Below, piece by piece: positions 32,616-42,349 of a stretch of DNA of 64,000 nt. The position numbers and the translations under genes are program-made. The DNA comes from Spirochaetota bacterium (GTDB lineage Bacteria; Spirochaetota; UBA4802; UBA5550). The stretch is from contig CAXXHB010000003.1 in NCBI GenBank assembly GCA_963664815.2, positions 2,048,001 through 2,112,000 on the forward strand. Reading direction: 5' to 3'. Positions within the stretch are counted from its first letter, which is position 1. Every line of letters begins with the position of its first letter. The notes under the pieces were generated by a model, which saw only the letters and a list, made by a program, of their open reading frames with translations, was not told where the DNA came from and ran no database searches.

Positions 32616-33370
32616 ACAATCAAGCAACAATAGAGAAGATGCAGGAGATGCGTCTTCATGGAATGCTCAGCTCATTCAGGGAAACATTCTCTACCGGGAT
32701 GCAGAATAAATTTACTGCTGATGAAATGGTTGCTCATCTCATCGATGCTGAATGGGACGAGAGGTATAACAGAAAATTTAACACTCTGCTTAAAAGTGCG
32801 GACTTCAGATACAAGTCAAGTATCGAAGAGATCGACTATAAGCCGTCAAGAAAAATTGACAGGAATATGATACTCCGATTTTCGACCTGCGACTGGATCA
32901 TAAAAGGAGAGAGTATTATCATTACCGGATCAACAGGTGCAGGTAAAAGCTTCATGGCCTGTGCACTCGGTCACAAAGCATGTGTTCTTCGTTATCATGT
33001 TGGATACTATAACTGTATGAAATTGTTTTCACATTTGAAGTATTGTAAAGTTGATGGATCATATTTTAAAGAGATGAATAAAATTAAAAAACAGGATTTG
33101 ATAATTCTTGATGACTTCGGATTGAAGCCCTTTGATTCTGACTCGCGATTAATGCTGCTTGAAATGCTTGAAGATCGCCACGGCACCAGATCAATAATTA
33201 TTAGCTCTCAAATCCCCACAGATATGTGGTTTGATCTTATTGGAGATGCGACTATTGCGGATGCTATCTGTGACAGACTTCTTCATACATCACATAAAAT
33301 TGACATCGGTGGGCCCTCAATGAGAAAGGAAAAAGCAAAAAATTCTGGACGAAACCTGCCACCTGAATAA
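32612..33370 (+). CDS. istB: IS21 helper ATPase
   Basis: GSTGAGKS, LIILDDFG, ADAICDRL; ATGA overlap with istA. Confidence 0.96.
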   Translation: MNNQATIEKMQEMRLHGMLSSFRETFSTGMQNKFTADEMVAHLIDAEWDERYNRKFNTLLKSADFRYKSSIEEIDYKPSRKIDRNMILRFSTCDWIIKGESIIITGSTGAGKSFMACALGHKACVLRYHVGYYNCMKLFSHLKYCKVDGSYFKEMNKIKKQDLIILDDFGLKPFDSDSRLMLLEMLEDRHGTRSIIISSQIPTDMWFDLIGDATIADAICDRLLHTSHKIDIGGPSMRKEKAKNSGRNLPPE

Positions 33371-33588
33371 TGGTGATTTAGAAAATGGAAATGGATTAAA
33401 AATGGTAAACTTAAAACCGGAATAGGTGGCAGGTTTCACCGGAATACATATACTAAAAATGTAAAGCCTGCACCTTCCAATTTAAACTGGTTAAATTAGA
33501 ATTGACATACTTATTTTAATTATCAAAAATTATACATAGATCAATAAAACTAAATCCTGATCAGAAATTTTTAAGGAGAAATTATTTA

Positions 33589-34149
33589 ATGAAAAATTTA
33601 AAAACAATTCTATTCATCCTCACATTAACTGCTGTAACAGCCTGTTCATCGCGATATAATTATATCTTAGACCCGACTCCTCTGGTTAAAGGCAAAACTG
33701 CTTACTCTGTGAAGAGTGTGAAAGTAACAATAGTTCAATCCGGTATTAAACTGAATAAAGATGCAGAGGTTAAAGGCTATTTGTCTGAAGCGGATATGGG
33801 AAAAGCATTTCAGGAAAAAATTATCAATGAATTGAAAAATAATAATATTCTTGAAGCCGGCAAAAATGCCGGGTACAATTTATCTATCACTATTAATTAT
33901 AAAAGAAGTTTTGCCGTTAATTCAAATCAGGTAATACACCCGGATTTTTCATACGAATGGGTAATAGAAAAAGATAATAAATCTATCGCTTCATTCAAAA
34001 GCGGAGCTATGACAATGTCCGGATTAAGTCTTGCGGCGGAATTTGCAAGGACTGGCCGTTCAGATATTAATCCACAGGCTGAATTTGAATATATTGAAAA
34101 GATATCAAAAACTATTGTCGAAAAAGACATTATTGATATCGGAAAATAG
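33589..34149 (+). CDS. putative lipoprotein
   Basis: AAGGAG RBS; lipobox VTAC. Confidence 0.75.
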   Translation: MKNLKTILFILTLTAVTACSSRYNYILDPTPLVKGKTAYSVKSVKVTIVQSGIKLNKDAEVKGYLSEADMGKAFQEKIINELKNNNILEAGKNAGYNLSITINYKRSFAVNSNQVIHPDFSYEWVIEKDNKSIASFKSGAMTMSGLSLAAEFARTGRSDINPQAEFEYIEKISKTIVEKDIIDIGK

Positions 34150-34172
34150 TTTTATAATTATCATTTATAAAT

Positions 34173-34210
34173 AGCCGAAAGCCCGCATTGGATAATACGG
34201 GCTTTCGGTA
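34173..34210 (+). terminator. probable terminator hairpin
   Basis: ccgaaagcccg...cgggctttcgg just after the lipoprotein stop. Confidence 0.6.
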
Positions 34211-34235
34211 TACTCTCTCTCCTTTGAACCACATC

Positions 34236-34336
34236 GCATAATTGACGTTAAGCTTTCGCTTCGCACATCTCCGGACTCAACGTATCAGAAATTTTGTCCA
34301 GCTCTCCGGCGCCGTCGCTTAACTATGCAATTATTG
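34236..34336 (+). repeat. attC-like imperfect hairpin, copy 1
   Basis: GCATAAT-tgac-GTTAAGC ... GCTTAAC-tatgca-ATTATTG; homologous to 38112-38212 and 41472-41570. Confidence 0.6.
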
Positions 34337-34470
34337 TATGTATTGTATTGTGATATTGTTACATCTCTGTTAAGTCCCTCTGCAGATGTTTCCGGTTTGG
34401 TTATTGTTATTGTTCCTGCTCCTATTGTGGCCAGGTTTGTCTGTCTGTTGTCTGTGTAGCCGTAGTTTAA
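34335..34470 (-). pseudogene. truncated CdiA anchor-1 fragment (NYGYTDNRQ...SQYNTY)
   Basis: Matches the full-length gene near 52068-52203; breaks at the attC-like hairpin. Confidence 0.85.
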
Positions 34471-34720
34471 GGGCGTGACACTGACGACCTTAAATATCAT
34501 TTGGCGTAATGTTTTACGCCCCTAAATGTTGTTAATATTTTTTATTATATAATAAATGATTATTTCACATTCGTCAGTTCCGGGCTTTCCGTTTGTATAA
34601 AACGGCCAATCTGTTGATTTCTATTTACTCTTTATTGATTGCCGTTTTATATCGCTGCAATCCCTCACGCGGTGTGCTTTTATATTGTTGGTTTTCAAGG
34701 AACTTAAGTCATTAGTTGAT
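34465..34720 (-). repeat. spacer A copy (REP doublet plus Flavo-1-like structured element)
   Basis: Near-identical to 39035-39272, 43235-43500 and 61671-61935. Confidence 0.9.
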
Positions 34721-34817
34721 AAATTAAAAAAGTACTACTCACAAATTATATTTTCTATAGTTGGACTTTAGCGAAATTCCGTGACTTGTTGTGTTAATTG
34801 ATTCACATTAAAACTTT

Positions 34818-35129
34818 TTATTTTACTTTTATCAAGTTAATTATAGCACTAATCGCCAAATAAGAAAAAAATATTATTAACAACAATGCCAATATGTCTT
34901 CATAATTAGTAAACTTTCGAGAACCCAACATTAAAATTATAATAATTGCAAATAATTTATTATACCATTTTGTTTCAACAATAGGAGCTTTTTCAATTTT
35001 TTCAATTTTTAACAAATCACCTTTTTTTTTTGCATTAAAAAATTTTATAAAAAACAAAATAAGTGTAATAATCATCGAAAAAAATAAAACTACCTCTGAT
35101 ACTAACAATATATTTTTTAAACTAATCAT
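34818..35129 (-). CDS. putative membrane immunity protein (duplicate of 62024-62335)
   Basis: Identical 103-aa translation; overlaps the stop of the upstream tip fragment. Confidence 0.75.
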   Translation of the reverse strand: MISLKNILLVSEVVLFFSMIITLILFFIKFFNAKKKGDLLKIEKIEKAPIVETKWYNKLFAIIIILMLGSRKFTNYEDILALLLIIFFSYLAISAIINLIKVK

Positions 35130-35401
35130 TTAACTTGTATCTTTGCACTGACTCAATATACTTTTGCTGTTCAGCTTGTATCAGTGCTTCCGTTCCTTTT
35201 ACAATTTTATAATTATAAACTGGTGTACTAGTAATTGGTTTACTTAATGTAGCTGAAAAATTTGATGTTGAACCACCAGTTTGTATCGAAAAATATTTAT
35301 CTCCAAAATCAATTTCTCCAGGAATATGGTTATATGTAGCACTTAACGAACCAGGATTTCCATTCCCATATCCGAATCCAACAACTCCAGTAACCCACGC
35401 G
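35122..35401 (-). pseudogene. toxin-tip fragment duplicated from 62328-62607
   Basis: Near-identical nucleotide sequence; 5'-truncated at CCCTATG. Confidence 0.8.
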
Positions 35402-35664
35402 CCCTATGCTATATGGGGAACTTTCTGTGAAAGTGAACTGAGCTATTGTATGTATCAACATCTGCCTGTACACAATCACATGAAAAAGATTTTTACGGAT
35501 ATCTGGAGAAAGAGATATTTTTTTTAATATATCAACGAATTTTTTTATACTAACATTTTAATTCCGAATTTATACTCGTATAATCATTAATCAGCGTTCC
35601 TTAATTGGTACACTTCTGTTTAATTTACATTGTTTGTGGCACCGTAAGTAGCAGTATATAATGT

Positions 35665-35976
35665 TTATAATAACTTTCGACTATTTATAATATCATCTAT
35701 AACATTTATACTCCAAAATTTTACTTCTTCAAATGTTGCTTTTAATTCATTATGATGGTAAATAAAAAATTCAATTACATCAAACAAATTATCCTCATAA
35801 TAAAAATCTAACACTACTTCAGAAGTATAACTATTATCATCTGAGTATGTTCTTTTTATTTCTATATTGCCAAATGTCAGACCTACTCTTTTAATTTCTT
35901 CTTTTTTCTGTATCAAGATCTGATTTAGCAAATATATATATTCATTTTCTATATTTAAAATATCTTTATCTTTCAT
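35665..35976 (-). CDS. putative immunity protein
   Basis: Small acidic ORF overlapping the toxin stop. Confidence 0.7.
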   Translation of the reverse strand: MKDKDILNIENEYIYLLNQILIQKKEEIKRVGLTFGNIEIKRTYSDDNSYTSEVVLDFYYEDNLFDVIEFFIYHHNELKATFEEVKFWSINVIDDIINSRKLL

Positions 35977-36679
35977 CTTTTTTATCTATTTTCGGATATT
36001 CAACCCATTCATCTGGAAAACTTTTTACTGTTCCATATTTTCCAACATAATCTTGTTGTTGATGAATAATTTCACCATCTTTTTCTACTTGGTGAGTTTT
36101 AGAAATAGTAGTACCATTTTCTTTCTCTATTATATGTTTCGAAGTTGCACCATCACCACCTAAACTTTTTCTAACTATTTCTTCTTTTGTGATTATACTT
36201 TCGCTGTTTTTAACAACATCCTCAGTCCCATTAATAGCTTTTTCGATTCCAGCTTTAGCTTCCCTTCCTACTAATCCACTGGATGCAGTTGTCACATCTC
36301 CTAAACTTATATGTTCAGGTATATTGTCAGCTGCTTCCTTAAACACTACACCTAAAGCTAAATTGAATGCCTGCTTCAACGTACTATCAGAATTTCCGGC
36401 ATTTGCAATCGATTCAATCGAACTTTCAGTTAATTTGTCTTTAACTATACGTAATAGTTTTGCATCAGGAGAATTGGAATCAGTATTATCAATCCCCATT
36501 GTATTAACTGTTCCCGAAAGATTGACAACATTATTTGCTATCTCATTTCCCTGCTGTATCTCCGCATCTCTTAAACTTGAATTTACCGCCAGTTGCTTAG
36601 CATAGGCTATCTCCGCCCTTTCCTCCGCAAACCTAACTTTAATTGCATGTGCCGCATCAGGATCAATTTCTTTAAGCAC
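35966..36679 (-). CDS. orphan CdiA-CT cassette, unassigned His-rich tip
   Basis: Shared block AYAKQLAVNSS...AADNIPEHIS, then unique tip GGDGATSKH..KTHQV..IHQ..FPDEW. Confidence 0.8.
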   Translation of the reverse strand: MLKEIDPDAAHAIKVRFAEERAEIAYAKQLAVNSSLRDAEIQQGNEIANNVVNLSGTVNTMGIDNTDSNSPDAKLLRIVKDKLTESSIESIANAGNSDSTLKQAFNLALGVVFKEAADNIPEHISLGDVTTASSGLVGREAKAGIEKAINGTEDVVKNSESIITKEEIVRKSLGGDGATSKHIIEKENGTTISKTHQVEKDGEIIHQQQDYVGKYGTVKSFPDEWVEYPKIDKKDER

Positions 36680-36940
36680 ATAGGGTCACGCGGGGTGTTA
36701 TTATATTGATGGTTTTCAAAGAACTTAAGTTATTAGTGGATAAATCAAAAAGTACTATTTACAAATCCCATTTTCTATAATCGAACTTCCTGCTGCTCTT
36801 CAGGACTCAGTTTTTCTCCGACAGCTTTTTTTAACTCATAATAATCAAGCTTCTCCTGCGCACTTACCGGTTCCCCGTTTTCAACCTTCTTCGCGTACTT
36901 ATCCATTGTCTGGTATGATGATACATTTAATTTTATTAAT

Positions 36941-37162
36941 TCATCTAATAAAACCTAATTTTATTGTCAGTGTAAAAATTAAAAATAGAAAACTAATAAT
37001 TACTAAAAGTTTTTCAGTAATTTTTATTTCTCTTTCACTAAAGTTAAAACCCATTTTTTTATTCTGATCTAATATTATTTTTTTTGCTATTTTTTTATTA
37101 AAGATAAGTACAATTATAAAAAATATTAATGCTAATATAAAGGATAGATTATTCGTAACCAT
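36941..37162 (-). CDS. small membrane protein, putative immunity
   Basis: 73 aa with two TM helices, after a degraded tip. Confidence 0.55.
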   Translation of the reverse strand: MVTNNLSFILALIFFIIVLIFNKKIAKKIILDQNKKMGFNFSEREIKITEKLLVIISFLFLIFTLTIKLGFIR

Positions 37163-37731
37163 TTATTTTTTACCATAATTAACAGATGGTTTATTTAAAA
37201 TGTTAGTAATAGGATTAAATATATAATATCCAGTTACAGAAACCCCAGCAGGTGCTCCAAATCCAAGTTCTCCAAACTTCCATTATTTTGGAAACTATAA
37301 CCGGTTTGACCAGCTACAACATTCTGTGCTTGCAAACCAACATTAAATCCGCTACTTGCTTCTGAGGTTGAAATAGTTAAAGCACCACTAACACCGGGTG
37401 TTACCAAACCTACGCCTAAATATGGATATAGATTACCATTATTACTTAAAATTTAACCACCAGTTATACCTCCAATATATCCACCAGAAATATTTAAATC
37501 TATATATCCATTTTTAGAAGATGATATTATTTTCTTACTATAAGTTGTATTTTCTGTATCACCTCCCATTTCAAGAGGATAAGCCAATTCCGGTCTATTT
37601 TCAAAAGCCTGTAATGGTTTAACAATCAATTCTCCCGAAGATAAAACATTGATTAAATTTCCATCTTCACTTATAATGCTGAATCCCTTCAATGATCTTA
37701 CATCTTCAATTCCATTCTTTTCTAAATCCAC
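37163..37731 (-). pseudogene. degraded Gly-rich toxin tip
   Basis: ORF 37453-37731 followed by interrupted Gly-rich frames up to the immunity gene. Confidence 0.55.
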
Positions 37732-37741
37732 ATTATATTCT

Positions 37742-37978
37742 TCAAGTTACATCTGAATCTTTATTAAGCCCAAACTCCCCGACGTCAATCAGGTTACCAG
37801 TCTTTTCTATTGTTGTTTCAATTTCCTTATCTACCTTCTTCGCTGTTTTCTCTGCTTCAGTTAATCCACTTTCCAATGCATCTACTGTATCATATATAGT
37901 CTTTTCCCTGTCTTTTATCAGTGCTACTGTTGCGGTATCTACCGTAACTCCGCTTTTCAGTCCTCCGCTGTATGTATT
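37742..37978 (-). pseudogene. CdiA anchor-1 fragment (NTYSGGLKSGVTVD...)
   Basis: Matches the full-length gene; joined directly to spacer B. Confidence 0.8.
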
Positions 37979-38212
37979 AACATCTGCCTGCGCACAATCC
38001 TGCAATAGCGATTTTTCCGGTATATAACAGAAAAAAATTACTTTCAAAGATCAATAATTAACTGATTCAGAGTTATAGAACAGATCAATAAAATGTCAAC
38101 ATGTCCACTCAACATAATTATTTCTGGACGTTCACTACGCACATCGCCGGACTTATCGAACCAGAAACTTTATACATCCACCGGCGACGTCGGTCTAGCT
38201 ACTCAATTATGC
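37979..38212 (-). repeat. spacer B copy (GCAGATGTT end, promoter, attC-like hairpin)
   Basis: Homologous to 41338-41570; partial copies at 45506, 63699 and 35457. Confidence 0.88.
38072..38099 (-). promoter_or_regulatory. sigma70-like promoter facing into the orphan cassette
   Basis: TTGACA-N16-TATAAC; equivalents at 41432-41459 (TTGATA-N16-TATAAT) and 45599-45626. Confidence 0.6.
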
Positions 38213-38241
38213 AACATGGGGAGTTATTAATTATAGATCGA

Positions 38242-38562
38242 TCAATAAAACTTATAAACAATACCTATAATAAACCAGTAAAATAGGTAACCACATAAAC
38301 TGATAAAGAATATTAAAAAATGATCTACTTTTCGTTTTTCATTCAGTAAGACCAACCCGACAGTTAGACCAAAAATAAAAAATCGCCACTTCACCGCGAC
38401 GAAAAAAGAGACTACAGGATAGGATTGAAGATTGTATATTTGAAAATAATCTTCAAGCCACCATTTATAAGCGAAACTTAAATGAAACGCAACTATGGCA
38501 AAATAGCTGAACAACAATACTAAAGTTAAGATAATTGTTAATGATTTATTTATTCTATCCAT
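38242..38562 (-). CDS. orphan membrane protein, putative immunity
   Basis: Three TM helices, AT-rich, within the array. Confidence 0.6.
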   Translation of the reverse strand: MDRINKSLTIILTLVLLFSYFAIVAFHLSFAYKWWLEDYFQIYNLQSYPVVSFFVAVKWRFFIFGLTVGLVLLNEKRKVDHFLIFFISLCGYLFYWFIIGIVYKFY

Positions 38563-38584
38563 AATTCTCTTTGTTGCTGTTTTT

Positions 38585-38998
38585 TTAATTATACACCAAA
38601 TAAGGACGGAATATAACTGTTAAAAATACACCGGACATTAATATTGCGTTTATCCAAAAATGTAATTTAAAATGATTAATCACTATACTCTTCTCATGCA
38701 AAATAACGAGTAGTATATACATTATTAACAATATAAGACCTATATGGTCTGTTGAACACCACCGAGAACTAAAATATTGTATTTTTTCATAAGTACTTCC
38801 GGGGTATATTAATTCATAGTATTTATTTTTAAAAAAATAAGGCAACATAATGTAATCAAATAAATCAAAACAATCAATAATTATCACTGATATATAAATA
38901 ATAATTGGTGATATTTTAAACAGTCTTACTAAATTATTCACTATCGTACTTCCAATCTTTTTGGCTTGCTTTGTCATAATATGGATACGGACGACCAT
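38585..38998 (-). CDS. orphan membrane protein, putative immunity
   Basis: Three TM helices; LLVILHEK resembles LVLLNEK of the neighbouring ORF. Confidence 0.55.
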   Translation of the reverse strand: MVVRIHIMTKQAKKIGSTIVNNLVRLFKISPIIIYISVIIIDCFDLFDYIMLPYFFKNKYYELIYPGSTYEKIQYFSSRWCSTDHIGLILLIMYILLVILHEKSIVINHFKLHFWINAILMSGVFLTVIFRPYLVYN

Positions 38999-39034
38999 TA
39001 TTTTTATCTTGAATACTGTTATCTGTGTAGCCGT

Positions 39035-39272
39035 AGTTTATGGGCGTGACACTGACGATCTTGAATATCATTTGTCGTAATGCATTACGCCTTTTCATGT
39101 TGTTATTATTTATAATAAATAAATGTTTATTTCACATTCGTCAGGTCCGGGCTTTCCGCTTGTATAAAACGGCCAATCTGTTGATTTTCATTTAACTATT
39201 TATTGATTGCCGTTTTATATCGCTGCAATCCCTCACGCGGTGTGACATTAAATTGTTGGTTTTTAAGGAACT
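39035..39272 (-). repeat. spacer A copy
   Basis: Same REP doublet and Flavo-1-like core; only about 25 bp of anchor-1 remains next to it. Confidence 0.88.
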
Positions 39273-39403
39273 GAATTAAATGCTTATAAATAATAACAGA
39301 GAATATAAATAAAATTAAATCTTTCGTACAATATAATCGAATTCCAAACTTGTGCATCAGGAAATATTTATTTAAATTTACTTAATGTTTATATATAATT
39401 AAA

Positions 39404-40009
39404 TCAAATTAACTCAACCTCTTCAAAAGAGTACCCCGTAAATCTATTATCTTCAAATATTTTTTTAAATTTTCCCGATACAAAATATCTTAGATCATAA
39501 TCTTTTAAACGAATAATATCAAAATTTTCCAATTTATCTTTATTCAATACAAATTTTTTAACACCTGATATTTTACCTCTTACATTAGCGTTTGGAAAAT
39601 CATTACTGAATCTATCATATTCTGATTTTTTATAATCTAATGCTTCAATAAAATTAAGTAAATTTACAATGCAGAAACCATCTATAATGGAATTATCAGA
39701 TTTCATAACATTTATTTTCAAATATTGTATACCAGTAGTATTACTATTTTTTAAAACATTTATTAATTTTTCAGAATAAATTGGAATACCAAGATAATTT
39801 TGTAAAACATCATCTGGATCTCCATCATTTTTTTTCTTTTTCGATTGAAATATTATTGATTCATTCCAATTTTTAATTTCCTCTCCTTTTATAAAATCCC
39901 ATTTAGAAAAATTATACTTTTCTAAATTTGAATAATCACAAACTAAAGGATTTTTTACAGTATTATCGCATTCATACAGTTTAAACCATTTCATACTATT
40001 TAATCCCAC
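39404..40009 (-). CDS. immunity protein (Imm11/Imm43, DUF1629-like)
   Basis: PIYSEKL, IVNLLNFIEALD, FVSGKFKKIFEDNRFTGYSF pattern; follows an AHH toxin. Confidence 0.75.
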   Translation of the reverse strand: MGLNSMKWFKLYECDNTVKNPLVCDYSNLEKYNFSKWDFIKGEEIKNWNESIIFQSKKKKNDGDPDDVLQNYLGIPIYSEKLINVLKNSNTTGIQYLKINVMKSDNSIIDGFCIVNLLNFIEALDYKKSEYDRFSNDFPNANVRGKISGVKKFVLNKDKLENFDIIRLKDYDLRYFVSGKFKKIFEDNRFTGYSFEEVELI

Positions 40010-40550
40010 CTTTATATGGTATTCTCGGATTATTGATTAATTCTGTTTTCAAATCTATTAAAACTTGTTTTAACGCTTTGTTTGCATCATCTCCAGACAA
40101 TCCTCTTGTAGCATTATCTAATTTATCGAGTACATATTCTTTATATTTAACTGTGTGTCCACCAGAATGATTTTCTAAAAATACTTTATTTGCATCATCA
40201 TCTAAAGTCATACCTGCATTATTAAAAATATTTTCGAATTGTTCTATATATCCACTTTTTATTGCTTTATCTGATGCAATATGGTGGATTTCTCCCTTAA
40301 CAATTTTTTCAACTCCACTTTCTATTTCATTAGCATGCTCAGCAATCTCCTCAGACCCTTTTACTGCAAGTTTTTCTATACTACTTGCATGCTCAATTAC
40401 TTCTTCTCCTATTTCTTCAACTACTTTCCCCGTCCCTCCAATTGGTATAATAGGGAGAATAATAGCAGCGGCAGCAAAGCCTTTTTCTGTATCTGTTACT
40501 TCCTCACCATACTGATTTTTACCTGTAGCTAAAGTGTTAGCACCTATCAC
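39996..40550 (-). CDS. orphan toxin: pre-toxin TG-like segment plus AHH (HNH-family) nuclease
   Basis: ATGKNQYGEE..; IHHI...LDDDANKVFLENHSGGH...Y. Confidence 0.8.
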   Translation of the reverse strand: MIGANTLATGKNQYGEEVTDTEKGFAAAAIILPIIPIGGTGKVVEEIGEEVIEHASSIEKLAVKGSEEIAEHANEIESGVEKIVKGEIHHIASDKAIKSGYIEQFENIFNNAGMTLDDDANKVFLENHSGGHTVKYKEYVLDKLDNATRGLSGDDANKALKQVLIDLKTELINNPRIPYKGGIK

Positions 40551-40632
40551 AGCTCCAAATAAAACATCATCTACACCACCGCAAATTGCCTGAGCGCGGG
40601 ATGATTCTCAACAAAATTTGCATTACCTTGAT

Positions 40633-41337
40633 TTATCTCGTCACATTTTTTTCAAATGATACTTTTAATTGATTCAAATATGAAGGAGGTCCTAACCGTG
40701 GCACAACTCCATTCCCTTCAGTGGTACCCAATTCATTTGCTTTCTCTGTACCAGCACTTAAATAATCCGCATTTGAATCATTCCAGCTGTTGATTTTAAA
40801 ATCTGGTGACGATGTAGTTGAATCTGTTGAAGCTGTTTCCGAAAACCTGTTCCATAAATTTCCTGCCTGCTCTCCACGTGAAGATGCAAGTGTAAGCTGC
40901 TGTCCTGCATCAAGGTCCAGCCCATTAGTAGTGTTATCCTTCCTCTGGGCTTCCCAGAAGAGTGATGTAATAATATCTCCACCCTTTGATATATCTGTTC
41001 CTTCGGTATTCAGATATGTTTCATTATTATTCTGGTCATATGCTGCTGCATATCCATTCATCGCGTTATCTGTTTCATCACCCTGATACAGATTTACATG
41101 AGATATTTTATCATCCTTAACTCCATCGCTGCTCTGAACAGTTTCAGAAACCTTATTAACCGCTTCTTTTAATGATGCCGCATCTTTATCAAGTGCATTA
41201 TCGAGTTTTTCAGCTAAAGCCTTGTTCTCTGCCAGGGCTGCTATTGTTAATACATCCTTACGGGCATTAATTACAGCCTCGAGTGTACCCGCGAATCCAA
41301 GACCTTCTTTAGCTTTGGCAGTTTCTGTTGCCTCTTC
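40633..41337 (-). pseudogene. anchor-2 fragment with truncated tip
   Basis: Near-identical to 44870-45505 and 63200-63698. Confidence 0.8.
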
Positions 41338-41570
41338 AACATCTGCCCGTATACAATCCTGAGAAAACGGTTTTTCACTGTATATAATATAAAAAAATTA
41401 CTTTCAAAGATCAATAATTAACTGATTCAGAATTATAGAACAGATCAATAAAATATCAATATGTCAACTCAACATAATTATTGCCAGATGTTCACTACAC
41501 ACTTCGCCGACTCGATGTATCAGAAACTTTATCCAACCACCGGCGACGTAATCAAGCTACTCAATTATTG
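41338..41570 (-). repeat. spacer B copy
   Basis: AACATCTG start, promoter, hairpin 41472-41570. Confidence 0.88.
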
Positions 41571-41644
41571 CAAAATGAGAAACTTTTCTGGAATTGTTTT
41601 CCATTACTCACCCAGTGTTGAAGAATTTTTTTGTTCAATATTTA

Positions 41645-42253
41645 CTATAAGTTGTTACTCTTTTTATTTTTCCAGAATATGTATCTAAATATTGGATTTT
41701 CGCCATTTTCATTGAGAGAGATATCAAATATAGATTTGATTAATCTTGAATCAATATCTTTTTTCCCCGTACTAATATTTACATTTAGTGTAAAAGGTAT
41801 ACTATCAACTTCAAAATCATAATATATATCAATGGCCCCGCCATCAACTTTAATTTTAGCAGGTTTATTAATGTCTACATTTTTAAGAATATTTCCTTTA
41901 TAAAAATTAAGAAATTCATGAAATGTTTTGTTAAGTTTACCTTTATCCGACTTAATTACAAAATAAGTTTCTCCCCATCCTTTTTCTAAAAGATTGTTTT
42001 TATAACAATAATCAAGAAATTCCTTATATGAAATATCACCTGAATTTCCTTGGAATATCGGAATCATTAACCGCTTCCCGTTCTTTTCATAAATAAGATT
42101 AGAGAATTTTATTATAAATTCAGATTTACTAAATTCCTGTACATCGCCCTTTTTTATTTTATCATTTGTTTCACTTACGGCATTCATATAATTACAGTTT
42201 AAAATTATAATCATACATATTAAACAGACAATTCTATTTGTTTTTAATTCCAT
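41645..42253 (-). CDS. putative exported/lipoprotein immunity protein
   Basis: AGGAG RBS; hydrophobic N-terminus with ILNC. Confidence 0.65.
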   Translation of the reverse strand: MELKTNRIVCLICMIIILNCNYMNAVSETNDKIKKGDVQEFSKSEFIIKFSNLIYEKNGKRLMIPIFQGNSGDISYKEFLDYCYKNNLLEKGWGETYFVIKSDKGKLNKTFHEFLNFYKGNILKNVDINKPAKIKVDGGAIDIYYDFEVDSIPFTLNVNISTGKKDIDSRLIKSIFDISLNENGENPIFRYIFWKNKKSNNL

Positions 42254-42349
42254 TTCTACTTCACTCCTTATTTTTTATTTGCAGCTATATTACTATTTTT
42301 CTTTATAGGTAAATAACTTGAAACAGGTATAATCTCTTTTGTTACTTTT

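Larger units (their letters stand above)
30862..33448 (+). mobile_element. IS21-family insertion sequence, apparently intact
   Basis: Ends TACGTATTCCGG... and ...CCGGAATACA; repeated TTCCGG..TGCCAC boxes at the ends; TATACT direct repeat at 30856-30861 and 33449-33454. Confidence 0.93.

Noticed and set aside
38106-38218. XerC/D dif-like arms (TTATGTTGAGT, GTTGCATAA) in spacer B
   Set aside because: The arms are about 90 bp apart and neither has a correctly spaced partner; the attC-like hairpin explains them better.
38101-41688. Paired plus-strand MSTQHNY.. ORFs (38101-38286, 41461-41688)
   Set aside because: They are readings through the non-coding spacer-B hairpin, and the frame is not conserved between copies.
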